DNA from: Lama guanicoe
Lineage: Eukaryota
Assembly (NCBI GenBank): GCA_013239625.1
Contig: MU054400.1
Coordinates: 3,603,032-3,667,031, forward strand
Length of the DNA stretch: 64,000 bases
Direction: 5' to 3'
In this document: positions 52,019 to 64,000 of the stretch, piece after piece
Layout of the letters: each line of letters begins with the position of its first letter
How positions within the stretch are numbered: position 1 is the first letter of the stretch
Program-made: the position numbers and the translations under genes
Notes under the pieces: generated by a model
Database searches by the model: none
Told to the model about the DNA's origin: nothing
The model's input: the letters and a program-made list of their open reading frames with translations, nothing else

Positions 52019-53340
52019 GTAAGAACTGAAATTTGGATCATTGTGGTGGATGCTTTAAAACTGTGGAGTACAATGCCTTCAGCAGCATTCATTTGTGCTG
52101 TTTTTTCATCTCCCATTTCTTACTCATCTTTATGGGATAAGCAGGCAGTTCCTGTCTCTCTTACCGCTGAATGGGTAGCTTCACAGCCCATGGTCTCCTG
52201 GAAGGCTGTTCCATACGGAGGCACCTTTTGATGCCCTCTCACCATAACCACTGGGGACCACAAAAACGGGATGGGCTGTGACCCCCGTCTGGGAAAAGAG
52301 GAGTTCCCATTTTTTTGTAAATAGACACAAAAACTTCACTTATTTCTGACCTTATAAACAAGAGACATGTGTAACATCCCTAGGCACTTACCTTTGTACT
52401 GCCTTAATGAACAGGATTGTAGTGAAATTTAAATTACTGCTTTTAGATGAGATCATGAACTTTTTTCAAATCGCAGGTAGTTTGGGGAAATGCAAGCCTG
52501 GTAGTTGATTAAGTTAATCATAAATCATTGTTACTTGATTATAAGCTCTTTATAGATAGCTCGTTTGTGCCTAATTCCAGTTACTAAATACATATGTATA
52601 TATTATTTTTATATATCTGTATATATAAAGGCAGTATAGTATGATAAAAGGAAAATCAATAGAAGGCCAGATTTTATTTTTATCATTTTCTTAATGATAC
52701 ATTTTATCATTATCAGGCAGATTACTTTGTTTTTCTATAAACCTCGCAATTTTTTAAAAGTGAAAATGTTAAATTGCCTCTGTACTTCTTATAGGCTACT
52801 TGTTGATTAAATGAGATTATACTGATCAAAGTACACAAATGTAAAATGCATATGTCTTAAATCAGAGCATCCTAGCATTCTTGTCCATTGTCTGACTCAT
52901 GAAATGCTTTACTTTATATGAGAATGCTGTACAGATAGGAATAAAGAGCCTTAGGCAGGGCCTATAGGTATTAGCTGTCATCTAATTCCAGGATATTTAT
53001 AAGCAGCACAGACGTGTCAGCCTTGAACGTTGGCTTTTGGCTTGAAATAAGCAGAAAAGAAACTGTCCTCTTGAAATTGTGGGAAGATACCTAAAGATTG
53101 AAGGAAGATATTTTTGCCGTATGAAAACAGGTTTCTTAAACAGCCACTTTCCTCTATTGATAGATTCTAGTATTGAGTTCCTTTAAAGAAACACCTATGT
53201 AAAAAGTATGCATAGGCGTGGATTCTTATATACACAACATTTTTTTCCCTTAAACCAGATTTTGAAAGCTTGGGATGTTAATTTCCTTCAGTATCAGGAA
53301 ATTTCATATTGACAGTTAACGAACTGTATGTGTATTGCAG

Positions 53341-53439
53341 CCCTTCTGTAGTCTTATTCAGATCCATGGACATAACAGGGCTCGACAGAGAGATAAGCTT
53401 GGTCATATCCTTGAGGAATTTGCTACCTTGCAGGATGAG
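53341..53439 (+). CDS. NAA35: NAA35 coding exon: [33 protein letters not shown]
   Basis: tgcag|CCC, GAG|gtaaga; 99 nt; ORF 53335..53550. Confidence 0.98.
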
Positions 53440-54045
53440 GTAAGAACCAACAAGTTGCCCTCCCTTCCAGAATTAAGCAATTCATATACCTTCACCAGAT
53501 TTTCAAAAACAATTCTTTGGAACAGTAATTTGACTAATTTTTCAGTGTAGTTAATTTCCTTTTCACTTAAAATGTAACGGTTACATATACCAAAGAAAGG
53601 GTTTACAAAAAGAAACAGAACAATAATCCAAACTGAGAAACATCTTAATTATTTTTTTAAAATCAGGATAAACTATAAATATGTGTAGAACAGTAGTTAT
53701 AATTAGAGCAAGTTTACATCATGATAAAAATATATTAATCTTCAAATTTGTCAGCAACAATATTATTAATATAACTGAAGCTCTGAAGTCAATTATTTTT
53801 ATTTTGTGCTATAAAATGGATATCTTCTTAATTTAGGAAATGTTTAAATAAATGTTATCCTTTGAGAAATGGTTTACATTCATAAGTTTGAATGTAAACC
53901 TAACGAGAAGTGCATTTGAAAATAAGAATTCTTTAGGTGGTGAGATTCACATTTTCTGCTCATATGCTATTTTTAGCAGGTTTTTCCTGTAATTCTTTCA
54001 TTACATTGAAAAGAAAGTTAATGTTATGATGTTTTGTTGCGATAG

Positions 54046-54224
54046 GCAGAGAAGGTTGATGCAGCCCTTCACACTATGCTGTTGAAACAGGAGCCCCAAA
54101 GGCAGCATTTGGCCTGTTTAGGTACCTGGGTCCTTTACCATAACCTTCGAATTATGATACAGTATCTTCTAAGTGGCTTTGAATTGGAACTCTACAGCAT
54201 GCACGAGTACTATTACATATATTG
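54046..54224 (+). CDS. NAA35: NAA35 coding exon: [60 protein letters not shown]
   Basis: gatag|GCA, TTG|gtaaga; 179 nt, ends phase 2. Confidence 0.98.
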
Positions 54225-55633
54225 GTAAGAGAACAACTGGAGTCAACGGTGGTGGCGGGTGGGGTAGATGAGATCTGAGAGAGCACTGCAGAGTGTAATC
54301 TCACGGTACTTTTTTATTTAGTGTATTTGAACTTTAGTTGTGGGACAGTTGAAAAATACTGAAATTAGAGCTAGATTATCTGGAATATCTTAAGTGTCAT
54401 AACATTGTGCAAATATATTTTTTCTAGCCATTTGAATATTTACTTAAAAATTACTAATGAAAGTGGCTCCAAAGTAAATGGATTAATTGAAGAGCTTTTA
54501 TCTGTTTCCAGAAAGAAAGATTAACATACATTTTGCCCTGACTTCAGTGACGCCAGGTACTAGCTGTGGAGTGTTCTTGAAGTTCAAACTCTGAGCCAGA
54601 TCTTTCTCCTGAGAAGAAATGATGGCTGAGATTACTATTGGGAGTGTCCCTACTGAACCTGCGGCCCTGAGGACTTGTCTCAGGAGCTTTGAAAGAGTTA
54701 GCAAGAGATGATCTTCAGCAGGGTAGTTCTTTGCTTTTCTTGGGGATGAGAGAAGCCTAGTAAGAGGATGCTTGAGGATATTTTAGACATGAAAAAGCTG
54801 CCACAGAAAACGAAGAAAATTGGCGGCTTATGAGTTCGGTTAGCTTGCATCTTTCTTAGTCTAGCAAAGGATGGCGGGAATTTAAAGCTGGGACGACCTA
54901 ATTGCTGCCCGTTACAAACAGCTAAGTTTGGTCTGTTAGAGCTTAAATAGCTCATCTTTTTAAATTATTTAACTTCGTAATTAAGATGTTGTATATTCCA
55001 TGGAGTCACTGTTACGGAGGAAGGAAAGTAATCATTTCCCACACCGTTAGCATGGTTCTGTTATCATGGCTGCTAGGGCTCTGTTTAACAGGTAGTTCTT
55101 GATTATGAAAACAGAACTGGAGCATCAACTATAATAATATGAGAATGGTGTTATATTTTATATATTCTCCAACACTTACATAGACAGCAGCTCTTACCAA
55201 CAGGTGTTGTTACAGCGACTTGAAATTTCTTTTATTATTAACTCACACTAGACAGTCCTGTTCAAACAAGGCATTTTAGGGGAACATGCTCAAGTTTTGT
55301 GGTTTGAGGGAGCTAACTGGAAGATTTTGTGCTCTTGATTTTCAAAATATAATTTTGTATGCTTTTTGACACAAAGAACTGGCAAATGAATGATATTCAG
55401 ATAAATACTCCATTAGAAATTTACCTGTATACTTGAGCAGATTCATTTCTTTTCTTGTTAACAAAAGAAACTTTAGTTCTACTTACAAGTACCCTTGTGG
55501 TCTGCTTGTTAGTTTTACTGCTTTTTAGTTTCAAAATTACAGACTGGACTCCAATATTTTTACACAATATACGTTGTTGTTCTTCAGGATGGCGACCCCT
55601 AAAGCGTGTGGACCCTTTTAAAATCAGGAGAAA

Positions 55634-55823
55634 ACTGATTCTTAAACTTTAGCTTGCATCATAATCACTTGGAAAGCACATTAATACACAACTTGCTGGG
55701 AAGGGAACTTCCTGGAGTTCCTGGTTTGGTGGGTCTGGGTAGGACCCACCAAGTCATTTGCATGTCTGACTAGTTCCCTGGTGACACTGCTGCTGGTCCT
55801 GAGATCACAACTGAGAACCACTG
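55634..55823. mobile_element. MER5A-like hAT-Charlie element
   Basis: ttcttaaactttagcttgcatcataatcacttgga...ggtctgggtaggaccc...tttgcatgtctgac...tgagaaccactg. Confidence 0.8.
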
Positions 55824-56777
55824 GTATGGATATTAGCACTCTGACTCTCCTTGGATGTAGCTGTGTGTTCATTCTGATAAGGCACTCACCACAAGCTCAC
55901 CGAGATACCTGATCTTTGACAGGGAAGGCCTGAATTGTGCCATCTCTCCTCTGTACTCACCTGTCCCTGTGTTAGTCGGTCAAAATGTAGAAAGTAGCGC
56001 TAGTTCCCTAGAGAAATCTCATTAAGGTAGGTTACAAATCCTCACTTTGTGGTGATAGTGTATATATCCTATACAAAGATACTGTAATAAATGTTTTTCT
56101 TAAATTCATTGTCAGGAATTTTCTCTCCATATGAAATTACATGCTTTTTAAAATAAAATAAAAATATATATTTCCTGGTTTACTTTAGCTGCCAGGATGC
56201 ATAGTGCTCAGTTTAGCTTTAAAATACAGTACCTAAGTCATTCCAGGTGTATCTTTTCGTTGGTTTTTGTTTTGCTTTAAAATGTTCTTTTTGGTATGTG
56301 TTTTACTATTGTAACTTGCCGTACCAGCTGTTTGAAAAATTTTGGGAATAAGCGTCATACCCTCAGACTTGATCATAGTAACATTTCTTATAAATCTTTG
56401 ATTTTTCACTTAATGTGGTAGTGGGCCTTAATTTTATTCAAAGAATATATATTTGTATACTAGATTTAAACTGTTTTTCTGGCTTAAATATTGTTGGTTA
56501 GTTTAAACTTAAGAAAATTTAGTATCTGGTGGAATAATCTATTTAACATTTCCTTATTAAATAAATTCAAGTAGATTATAAGCCTGCAAATTATTAATTT
56601 TTTAGACTCGTTCTGCATAATGCATATGATTTTTTATTTTCTCTTATTTGGTTTTATAATTAATAGGAAAATAAAATATTTACATAATAGGTTTAGGTGC
56701 AATGTGACCTGATACAGTAAAAGCAATTTAATGGACATTTATTTGATTTACATATATATGTAATTATCAAAAAGTCT

Positions 56778-56995
56778 ATTTTTTATTAGAGTACAGTTGA
56801 TTTACAGTATTGTGTTAGCTTCAGGTATACAGCATAGTGATTCAGTACTTTTGCAGATTGTATTCCATTATAGGTTATTACAAGATAATGAGCATAAATC
56901 CATGTGCTGTACAGTAAATCCTTGTTGCTTACCCATTTTATGTATAGTTTATCTGTTAATCCCATACCCCTAATTTGTCCTAGCCCTCCCCACCA
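56778..56995 (-). mobile_element. Short L1 3'-end fragment
   Basis: gtacagttgatttacagtattgtgttag...attataggttattacaagataatg...tgtgctgtacagtaaatccttgttg. Confidence 0.85.
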
Positions 56996-57276
56996 AGAAA
57001 TCTTTTGAAAAGTTGCGAAGCTCATATCATTATAGGAAATTAAAATTTTCTGTATTGTACGGCAACATATATGGCCACAAGAAAGGGGAAATTAATCACT
57101 TGTCATGCTCATTTCTTGTCAGATCTAAGCTAGTGATTATCTAATTGAATAATCTTATTTAAAAAAAAAACCTTTAAAGCATTATTAAAAAACCTCTTTA
57201 TTAGTACCAGTGCATGTATTGACCAAGCTTCCTCATTTAGACATTGACCATTAACTAACATTTTCTTTCTATTAAG

Positions 57277-57413
57277 GTATCTCTCTGAATTCCTTTATGC
57301 ATGGTTGATGTCGACATTAAGTCGTGCCGATGGCTCTCAGATGGCAGAGGAAAGGATAATGGAAGAGCAGCAGAAAGGCCGTAGTAGTAAAAAAACAAAG
57401 AAAAAGAAGAAAG
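57277..57413 (+). CDS. NAA35: NAA35 coding exon: (W)[46 protein letters not shown]
   Basis: ACTAAC branch-like motif at ~57254, attaag|G, AAG|gtgatg; 137 nt. Confidence 0.97.
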
Positions 57414-58200
57414 GTGATGTAAATTATTTTTAAACTTAATAAGTAACATTGGAGTGCACTTTAATTTCAACAGATAGATAGATGGAGAGCTACCTGTGCT
57501 TTTGAATGGGTGAATGAGTCATTATACTCTCTTCAAAAAGTGTAAGGGTGAAAACTGAGTCACAATGTTGGTGCAAACCTTTTCGGTTCCTTTCCTTGCT
57601 TTTCTTTTCTTTGCGACTTCATTTGTCAAAGGATCTTAGGACAAGAAGTAGCTGCATAAGATAGGTTAAGGATCAAGGCAGCAAGAGACCTTTGGCAGAG
57701 GGCTGACAGCTCAGGCAGGAAGTAGATCTGGAGTTGTGCCGGTACAGTTGGCCCAGAAGGGTGGTCACAGAGCGTCTCAGCATACCGCCCAAGGACCACG
57801 AGGACAGAGAAAGGTTTCCAAAGGACTCCCCTATTAATCACTCATGGGAAGGTACAGATAGGCTGCAGTCGTTACAAAATAGTGCTTTCAAATTTCAACA
57901 GTTTGATTAGGTCATTAAATGAGCGTATCCATGGCTCTCCTGGATAAGTCATCTCTGTATTATGGCTTCAGAAGAAGTTACAGTTAATTCATACTAAAGT
58001 CTTACGGTACTAGCCATCTGGAGAATACAATTATTGTTTAGCCTTTCTACTGTATTTTACTATTTGTTGATTTTGGCCATAAAATAAAACTTAGCCTTAA
58101 GAAACAAATTGTTTGAAATTGTAATTTAGCAAACAAGGTGGAAGATGTTTTATAAAGCAAGAGGAGGAAGGAGTCTGGATGATCTTCTTTTTAATTACAG

Positions 58201-58268
58201 TTCGCCCATTGAGCCGAGAGATCACAATGAGCCAGGCATATCAGAACATGTGTGCTGGAATGTTTAAA
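58201..58268 (+). CDS. NAA35: NAA35 coding exon: (V)[22 protein letters not shown]
   Basis: tacag|TT, AAA|gtaagt; 68 nt. Confidence 0.97.
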
Positions 58269-58795
58269 GTAAGTTGTTTTTTTAACTACATTGCTATTAT
58301 ATAGTTTAAATAAAATGAACTCTCTTCTGTGAGTCTTTCCAGGTTCTAATTTCACCTTTGTTTTCATTATCTGCTTAGTGAAAATTACCCTTTTTCCCTA
58401 AGTCTAGTGATTTTTAACAATTGTTGACCCCTTGTCATGTGTCAGATACCTTGTACTGAGTACATTGGAGGAGACCAAGTCTAATCAGATGTGATCCTTG
58501 TCTCAAGTGCCTAGTTTATGACAAGCCAGGTGACATATATGTGGCACAGGTAATAGTTCTGACTGATGATCAGGAAAGGTTTCTTAGAAGAGGTGGGGTT
58601 TGGATTTCTTTAGAAGTGCATTGATTAGGAAGGGGGCAAGTTCCCCAGTGAATGGCCTAAGCAAAGCAGGCATTTCCAGGAGGTAGTGAGTATCTCTTAA
58701 GTTGTACTTGGCGATTCAAGAAATGATTTGAGGCAACTTATATTAAAATACATAAAACAGAACATGGACTTCTGTTTGAAAAACAGGACCAGTGC

Positions 58796-58962
58796 TTTTT
58801 TTGTAATTGAGTTATATTCAGTTTACAATGTTGTGTCGATTTCTGGTGTATAGCACAATTCGTCAGTCGTACATGAATATACATGTATTCATTTTCATAC
58901 TCTTTTTCACCATGAACTACTACAAGATACTGAATCTGTTTCCCTGGGCAGTGCAGTATAAA
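58796..58962 (-). mobile_element. Short L1 3'-end fragment (related to the 26049 element tail)
   Basis: tttacaatgttgtgtc...tacatgaatatacat...ctactacaagatact, similar to 26090-26230. Confidence 0.8.
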
Positions 58963-59315
58963 GCTTTTCTTTAATACAGATGGTACGCTACTTTTTCTTC
59001 AGGACCTTTTACTTGAAGGTTTCAAAGCTACTGTAAAAGCATTAGGCACGGAAGAGTAATGTGCATGTGGTACAGTTTCACCAGGAAAATTAGTAATTTG
59101 TTAGACGTGGAACTTGACTATTTTCTGTATGAAAGATGGCATGTAACAGCAAAACGAATACTAAAGCCAGTTTGTTTTCTCTGCCTGTTTGTTTCTGATT
59201 TCTGAGCCTTGTTTTAACCGTGTGTCAACGGCTGTTTCTTGTTTTGTGTCCTGTAGTAATGAGGATGTTCATATTTTCATGTTGATGTCATCTTTTTTTT
59301 CTCTTTCTTCCGTAG

Positions 59316-59456
59316 ACCATGGTAGCATTTGACATGGATGGCAAAGTACGAAAACCCAAGTTTGAGCTCGACAGTGAACAAGTTCGATACGAGCACAGAT
59401 TTGCTCCATTCAACAGTGTAATGACACCACCACCAGTGCACTATTTGCAGTTCAAG
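59316..59456 (+). CDS. NAA35: NAA35 coding exon: [47 protein letters not shown]
   Basis: polypyrimidine tract + cgtag|ACC, AAG|gtgaac; 141 nt; ORF 59319..59591. Confidence 0.98.
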
Positions 59457-59820
59457 GTGAACCTGTCCCTTCACATAGTTGTAAAATATTTAGTCTTAGA
59501 CCTTCTTGGAGATGTGCTGTTTGTACCTAGCCGTTTTGTTAAAGTAGATAGTCCCATGGAACTGTTGTTGCACCAGTGGGGTAAGTGGTAACAGCAGTTT
59601 TAAACAGTACAGAAGCCATTCGGCTGTGGTGGATGTGCTCACAACATGAACAGGTATTTAAATAACGAGAATAATCGGAGGTGCGGTATACGAAGGCTGA
59701 GAAGTGGACAGGAAAAAGGAGGGACAGGCTGAGTGTTCGCTTTAGTATCCGTATGTGAACAGACAGTCATTTTAGAGGTTTTTCATATTAAACATGTTTT
59801 GAATAATATCTTTTTTTTAG

Positions 59821-59943
59821 GAAATGTCTGACCTCAATAAATACAGCCCTCCTCCTCAGTCTCCAGAGCTGTACGTGGCAGCCAGTAAGCACTTTCAGCA
59901 GGCAAAAATGATACTGGAAAACATCCCGAACCCAGACCATGAG
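59821..59943 (+). CDS. NAA35: NAA35 coding exon: [41 protein letters not shown]
   Basis: ttttag|GAA, GAG|gtgagg; 123 nt. Confidence 0.98.
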
Positions 59944-61069
59944 GTGAGGCCGCAGCTGCAGCGGTTCTAGAGGGAAGCGTGGCGTGTTTCTGCTAAGAAT
60001 TTCGAATAGCTGTGCTAACCTAACCTTGGCAGACTTAAAATTATTTGATGAAAGAAGTAATGTAAATACCCACTTTGTGGAAATGTAGAAATCGGTGCAA
60101 AGAGAAGTTAAGACTTAGAACCATAAAGTAAGCAGGAAGAACAGAAATCAGATCCAGATTGATCCACAGCTCAGAAATGTTACCATTAAAATTTTAATCT
60201 ATAGTTTACTGTATTAAAATATAATTATATAAATCTTAATCTAAAAATGATCAGATCAGTTATCACAGGAAGTAAAAACCTTATTCCACTTGACCATTTA
60301 AAACAAAGGCTATTGTTTTTGAAGACTATTTTGAGTATCATTCTACAGAGCTTAGAACTTGCAAAATGTAGAATTTCAGGCTTTTGTTAGTTTCTTAATT
60401 GATTGTATTCCTAATTTTATTGAAATGCATTTATTCTGTGAGTCACCTGTAAAACACAGCCCATTTGGGGGAGTGTATTCGGAAGAGCACTTTAGCAGTA
60501 TCTGACAAACCACAGGTTGTTGGGCCCCACAGTGCTGCCGCTTGGGATGTATCTTACAGATGGCATGTGCACGTGTGGGAAGTGATGAATACACGAGAGT
60601 ATCTAGTGCAGAATTTGTAATAGTAAAAAGGTGAACAAACTTCAGAGTCCATCAGGGGGATCTTGAGGTCGCATGGTATATGATTTATCATGCAGTGGAA
60701 TACTCTGCAGCCCTAAAAAGGACAAGGGAGGTATTTATGAACTGTAATGGAATGCTCCTCAGGATATATAAGCAGTTTAAAAAGCAAGTTTAAAATTAGT
60801 GTCTATAGTATGCTGCCCTTTCAATCAAAAGAAGCCAAGGAAGACTACTGAAGACTACATGTGTGAGTATAACCTGTCTCTGGCTAGATAGAGGAATTAA
60901 CAGCAGCATTTGCTTCTTGGAAGGGTTGCTCAGTGCCTTAGGGAACAGGGATAGGAGAGAGAGGACTCTTTTTTAAAGTTACTTACAACCATGTAATGAA
61001 AGAAAATAAAAGGGGGGAGTGTAAAAATTAAAGGAAGGTACCTGTAATGGACGGTGTATTTCTTTCAGT

Positions 61070-61870
61070 GGACTTCATTTATTTAACTCAGTAAATACTG
61101 TAGAGTGCCTGCAACGTCCTAAGCAATGTGGTAGGTTCCAGCAGGGAAAAGTCACAGCCAGAAATCCAGGCCCTCCTCGGGGCAGAGCAGGCAGATAGAC
61201 TGTATAATTTACTTATTTACTATTAGAAGATTATAAGTACTATGAAAAATCAAACTGGGAGTAGGGACAGCGAATGCTACAGGAGGTAGGGAGGTGGAGG
61301 GGATTAGACAGTTGAATATGGTGGCCTCTGAGCAAATCCTGGAAGAAGGTGAGGAAGCAAGTCATGGGGAATGGTGCACACATGTAAAGGTCCAGAGGCA
61401 GGAGTGCCTGGAGAACTTCAGGAACAGCCAAGGGCTGTGTGCTGGATGGGGTGCATGCCAGGGTGAGCTGTGGAGAGGTTTGAGCAGAGGTGTGCCAGAT
61501 CTGATCTTTGTTCTAAAGGATCACTCTGGCCACTGTGGTGGGACCAAGGGTGGAGGCAGGGGAGCCAGTTAGCAGGCCGGTGCTGTAATCCGGGTGAAAC
61601 AGTGGGTCGGAAGTGACTGCATTGTCTAGCCAGTGAGACTGGCCGAGGGATTGGATGTGGGGTGAGAGAAGAGGAGGAATCACGGATGGCTTTGAAGTTT
61701 TTGGCCTGAGCGCTGTCTGAGTGGATTGAGCCATGGGGGGAGGACTACAGGCTGGAGCAGGCGGGGAAGCAGGGCTGGGAAGGTCAGGAGCTCAGTTTGG
61801 GACGAGCCTTTTGGATGCCCGAATGCAGCAGTCCTCTAGGTAGGTGGAGGTGTCACCTGGAGCTGAGGAG
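61070..61870 (-). mobile_element. L2a-like element
   Basis: tcatttatttaactcagtaaatact...ggatcactctggc...ggattggatgtgggg...tttttggcctgagc...tcaggagctcagtttggg. Confidence 0.82.
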
Positions 61871-62049
61871 GCGCGGTTCCTGAGCTTGTGCACATGTGTG
61901 AAGACAGGGAAGAAGAGGGAGGGGAGGACTTTTCTTCTAGCTGCTCACACCCCCTGAGAGAAACGCAGTATTCCATTCCCTTGTTCCTCGTGTGTTCAGG
62001 CGGAGCCTGTTAGACAAATGGTTGTTAGAAATAAGTTAACACTTACATT

Positions 62050-62265
62050 TACTACCTTCAGGTGTGGGTCTCAGCTCATGTTAATTCAATCCTCACAACA
62101 AATCCTTGCAGGATGGGTAAATTAATATCCCCATTTTATAGATGAAGAAACTGAGGAACAGAGAGGTTAGAAAACTTCCAGAGGTTTCATAGCTAGTAAG
62201 TGGCAAAGCTGGAATTTGTAAACAGACAGCCTGACTCCAGAGCCCATGCCCTAAACACTATGGTG
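62050..62265 (-). mobile_element. MIR SINE
   Basis: aatcctcacaacaa...ccccattttatagatgaagaaactgagg...gctagtaagtggcaaagctggaattt...ctgactccagagccc. Confidence 0.9.
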
Positions 62266-62513
62266 GTGTCTTTGCAGGATTCCGCAGCCTAACGTTAGAT
62301 TTTGTTTTGATGAAAGCAAGATACAGTAGCCCTTTCAGGTTCGTTCTGTATTAACTAAAAGACGTATGATGGTGTTCATGTTTTTAAATTGCCTTTATTT
62401 TAATAAAATCTCAACACTTATATTGTACCCAGTTCCTATTAGTATCTATAAATCAGGATATTTTGACTATGAATTTTATGTTTTGATAGCTTTACGTTGC
62501 TCATTGTGTTTAG

Positions 62514-62594
62514 GTCAGCAGAATTTTAAAGGTTGCCAAACCCAACTTTGTGGTTATGAAGTTGTTGGCAGGAGGACACAAAAAGGAATCTAAG
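62514..62594 (+). CDS. NAA35: NAA35 coding exon: [27 protein letters not shown]
   Basis: tttag|GTC, AAG|gtaagt; 81 nt. Confidence 0.97.
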
Positions 62595-63468
62595 GTAAGT
62601 ATCTTGTGCGGAAAATACATGGTCTTAAATTATTGTAAAACTTCACTTTGTTTCAGTCAGATGTGTAAATATTACAGAAAAGTTAAAACGCTTATAAAAA
62701 CTATTCTAAACAAGGTTCAACTGCAGAAAATAGAGCTCGCCACTTTGCCTTGAAATGTACAGATTTTGTTGACTTAAAATCTCTGAAGTCTGCCCTTCCA
62801 TGTAGGTTACTGAATGACTGGAGGTAATAAAAGAAATGTGTAAAAAAAAAATTTATGGGTGAAGTATTTAGAAAGCCACCTGCTTTTAGAAAAGTGAATG
62901 CTTCAATAATTAAAGACGTAAGTGGCTCAGGAGATGGGAGACTGTGTAAGCTCCCCTTGGCAGCGTTGCTGCATCAGCGTGGTGCAGAAGTGAGAGGCCG
63001 GCCACTGAGGCATTTTTGGTGCCATTTGCCCATTTTTGCCCATCTTATAGGTACCTGTTTACTCCCCATTGCTTTTCTGTTCCTTTGCTCCCTCAATCTC
63101 CGGCTCTGCTTTACCAGTGACTCATTTCATTGCTCCGGAGTATCAGCAACCCTGGAATTAAAACAAAATTCCTGACCCCTGACCCCTTCCTGTAATTTAA
63201 GTCCATTTTCCTTTGTTAACTATTCTTGGAAGATAGAAAACTACCGGTCAGCATGTTTCCTAATGCCCGTCATAAATCTAGAGCTAAGCTAATCATCTTC
63301 CCCTCCAGGTTAGTGCCTGACTTAACATTTTTGTCATTAAACCAATTTTTTAATCTTTTTTGCTACCTTGTCTCTAAAAACATGAGAAGCTCTAAAATTA
63401 AAGTAGTCTCTGTTCTGTTTACTGTCAGAATACGTGTCAGGTATACTGATTGACTGTTTTCTTTGCAG

Positions 63469-63528
63469 GTTCCTCCTGAATTTGATTTCTCTGCTCACAA
63501 ATACTTTCCTGTTGTGAAACTTGTTTGA
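63469..63528 (+). CDS. NAA35: NAA35 last coding exon: VPPEFDFSAHKYFPVVKLV*
   Basis: ttgcag|GTT, TGA at 63526-63528; the 17 exons sum to 1662 nt = 553 aa + stop. Confidence 0.98.
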   Translation, partial: VPPEFDFSAHKYFPVVKLV

Positions 63529-63862
63529 GAGACTGAAAAGGTGACCAAAGGGGTGGGATCTACTTTCAGATTCTACTCTTAGAGGATCTGTCCATCAGTC
63601 TTACCACATGACGTGAGGTGAAATGGCTTTCTTGGATAACAGCCCATTATAAGGAATACTTTTAATTTGACAGCCTTATATGACATGAATGAAAACTGCT
63701 GTTTTAAAGTGGTTTATTATGTTCCATGGATGAAACTGGTCTTATTGAGTGCATTGATGAACGTTATATGGTTTTATTACAGATTTAATCATAAATCATT
63801 TTTTATGAATGATTTGAGTGAAAATAGTGTTTGTAAAGGTTAATAAATTTCTTGACAAAAAA
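63529..63862 (+). other. NAA35: NAA35 3'UTR (to the probable proximal cleavage site)
   Basis: AT-rich non-repeat sequence between the stop codon and AATAAA; CA + A-run at ~63856-63862. Confidence 0.75.
63842..63847 (+). terminator. Polyadenylation signal AATAAA
   Basis: canonical hexamer ~315 nt after the stop, with a TGTA element just upstream. Confidence 0.8.
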
Positions 63863-64000
63863 TGCAGTACTGGAGATGAAAACCAATAGCACTTTGAACT
63901 ACTCAAATCTTAACATGTACCAACAAACACAAATTATCCAAAAGTTTCAGATCAAGGGCTTTTTGGCAAAATACATTTAAAAGAGATTGTAGTAGGGGGC

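Noticed and set aside
54610..54700. Possible intronic C/D-box snoRNA (ATGATGG...CTGA)
   Set aside because: Imperfect C box and no terminal stem or recognisable rRNA guide.

Overview
Mammalian genomic DNA, very probably camelid (two Vic-1-type tRNA-derived SINEs). The window holds the 3' three-quarters of NAA35 (MAK10, auxiliary subunit of the NatC N-terminal acetyltransferase) on the + strand. I traced 17 GT-AG coding exons from 10814 to the TGA at 63526-63528. They splice in frame to 553 aa matching my recollection of human NAA35 from about residue 173 to the C-terminus, followed by a ~330 nt 3'UTR with AATAAA at 63842. The 5' exons lie upstream of the window. The introns are dense in transposon relics (L1, L2, MIR, MLT1, Tigger1, hAT-Charlie MERs). 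The 28.4 kb intron 13960-42382 holds a nested L1 cluster, including a full-length ~7.2 kb antisense L1 (26049-33234, 14-bp TSD) inserted into the 5'UTR of an older sense L1. A ~2.1 kb near-identical tandem duplication bracketed by N gaps (34738-36722) is most likely a haplotype assembly artefact. I found no convincing novel biological system. The most unexplained element is a 397-bp tailless insertion with a perfect 13-bp TSD at 1616-2012. Repeat family names come from recalled consensus sequences, not a database search, and old repeat boundaries are approximate.
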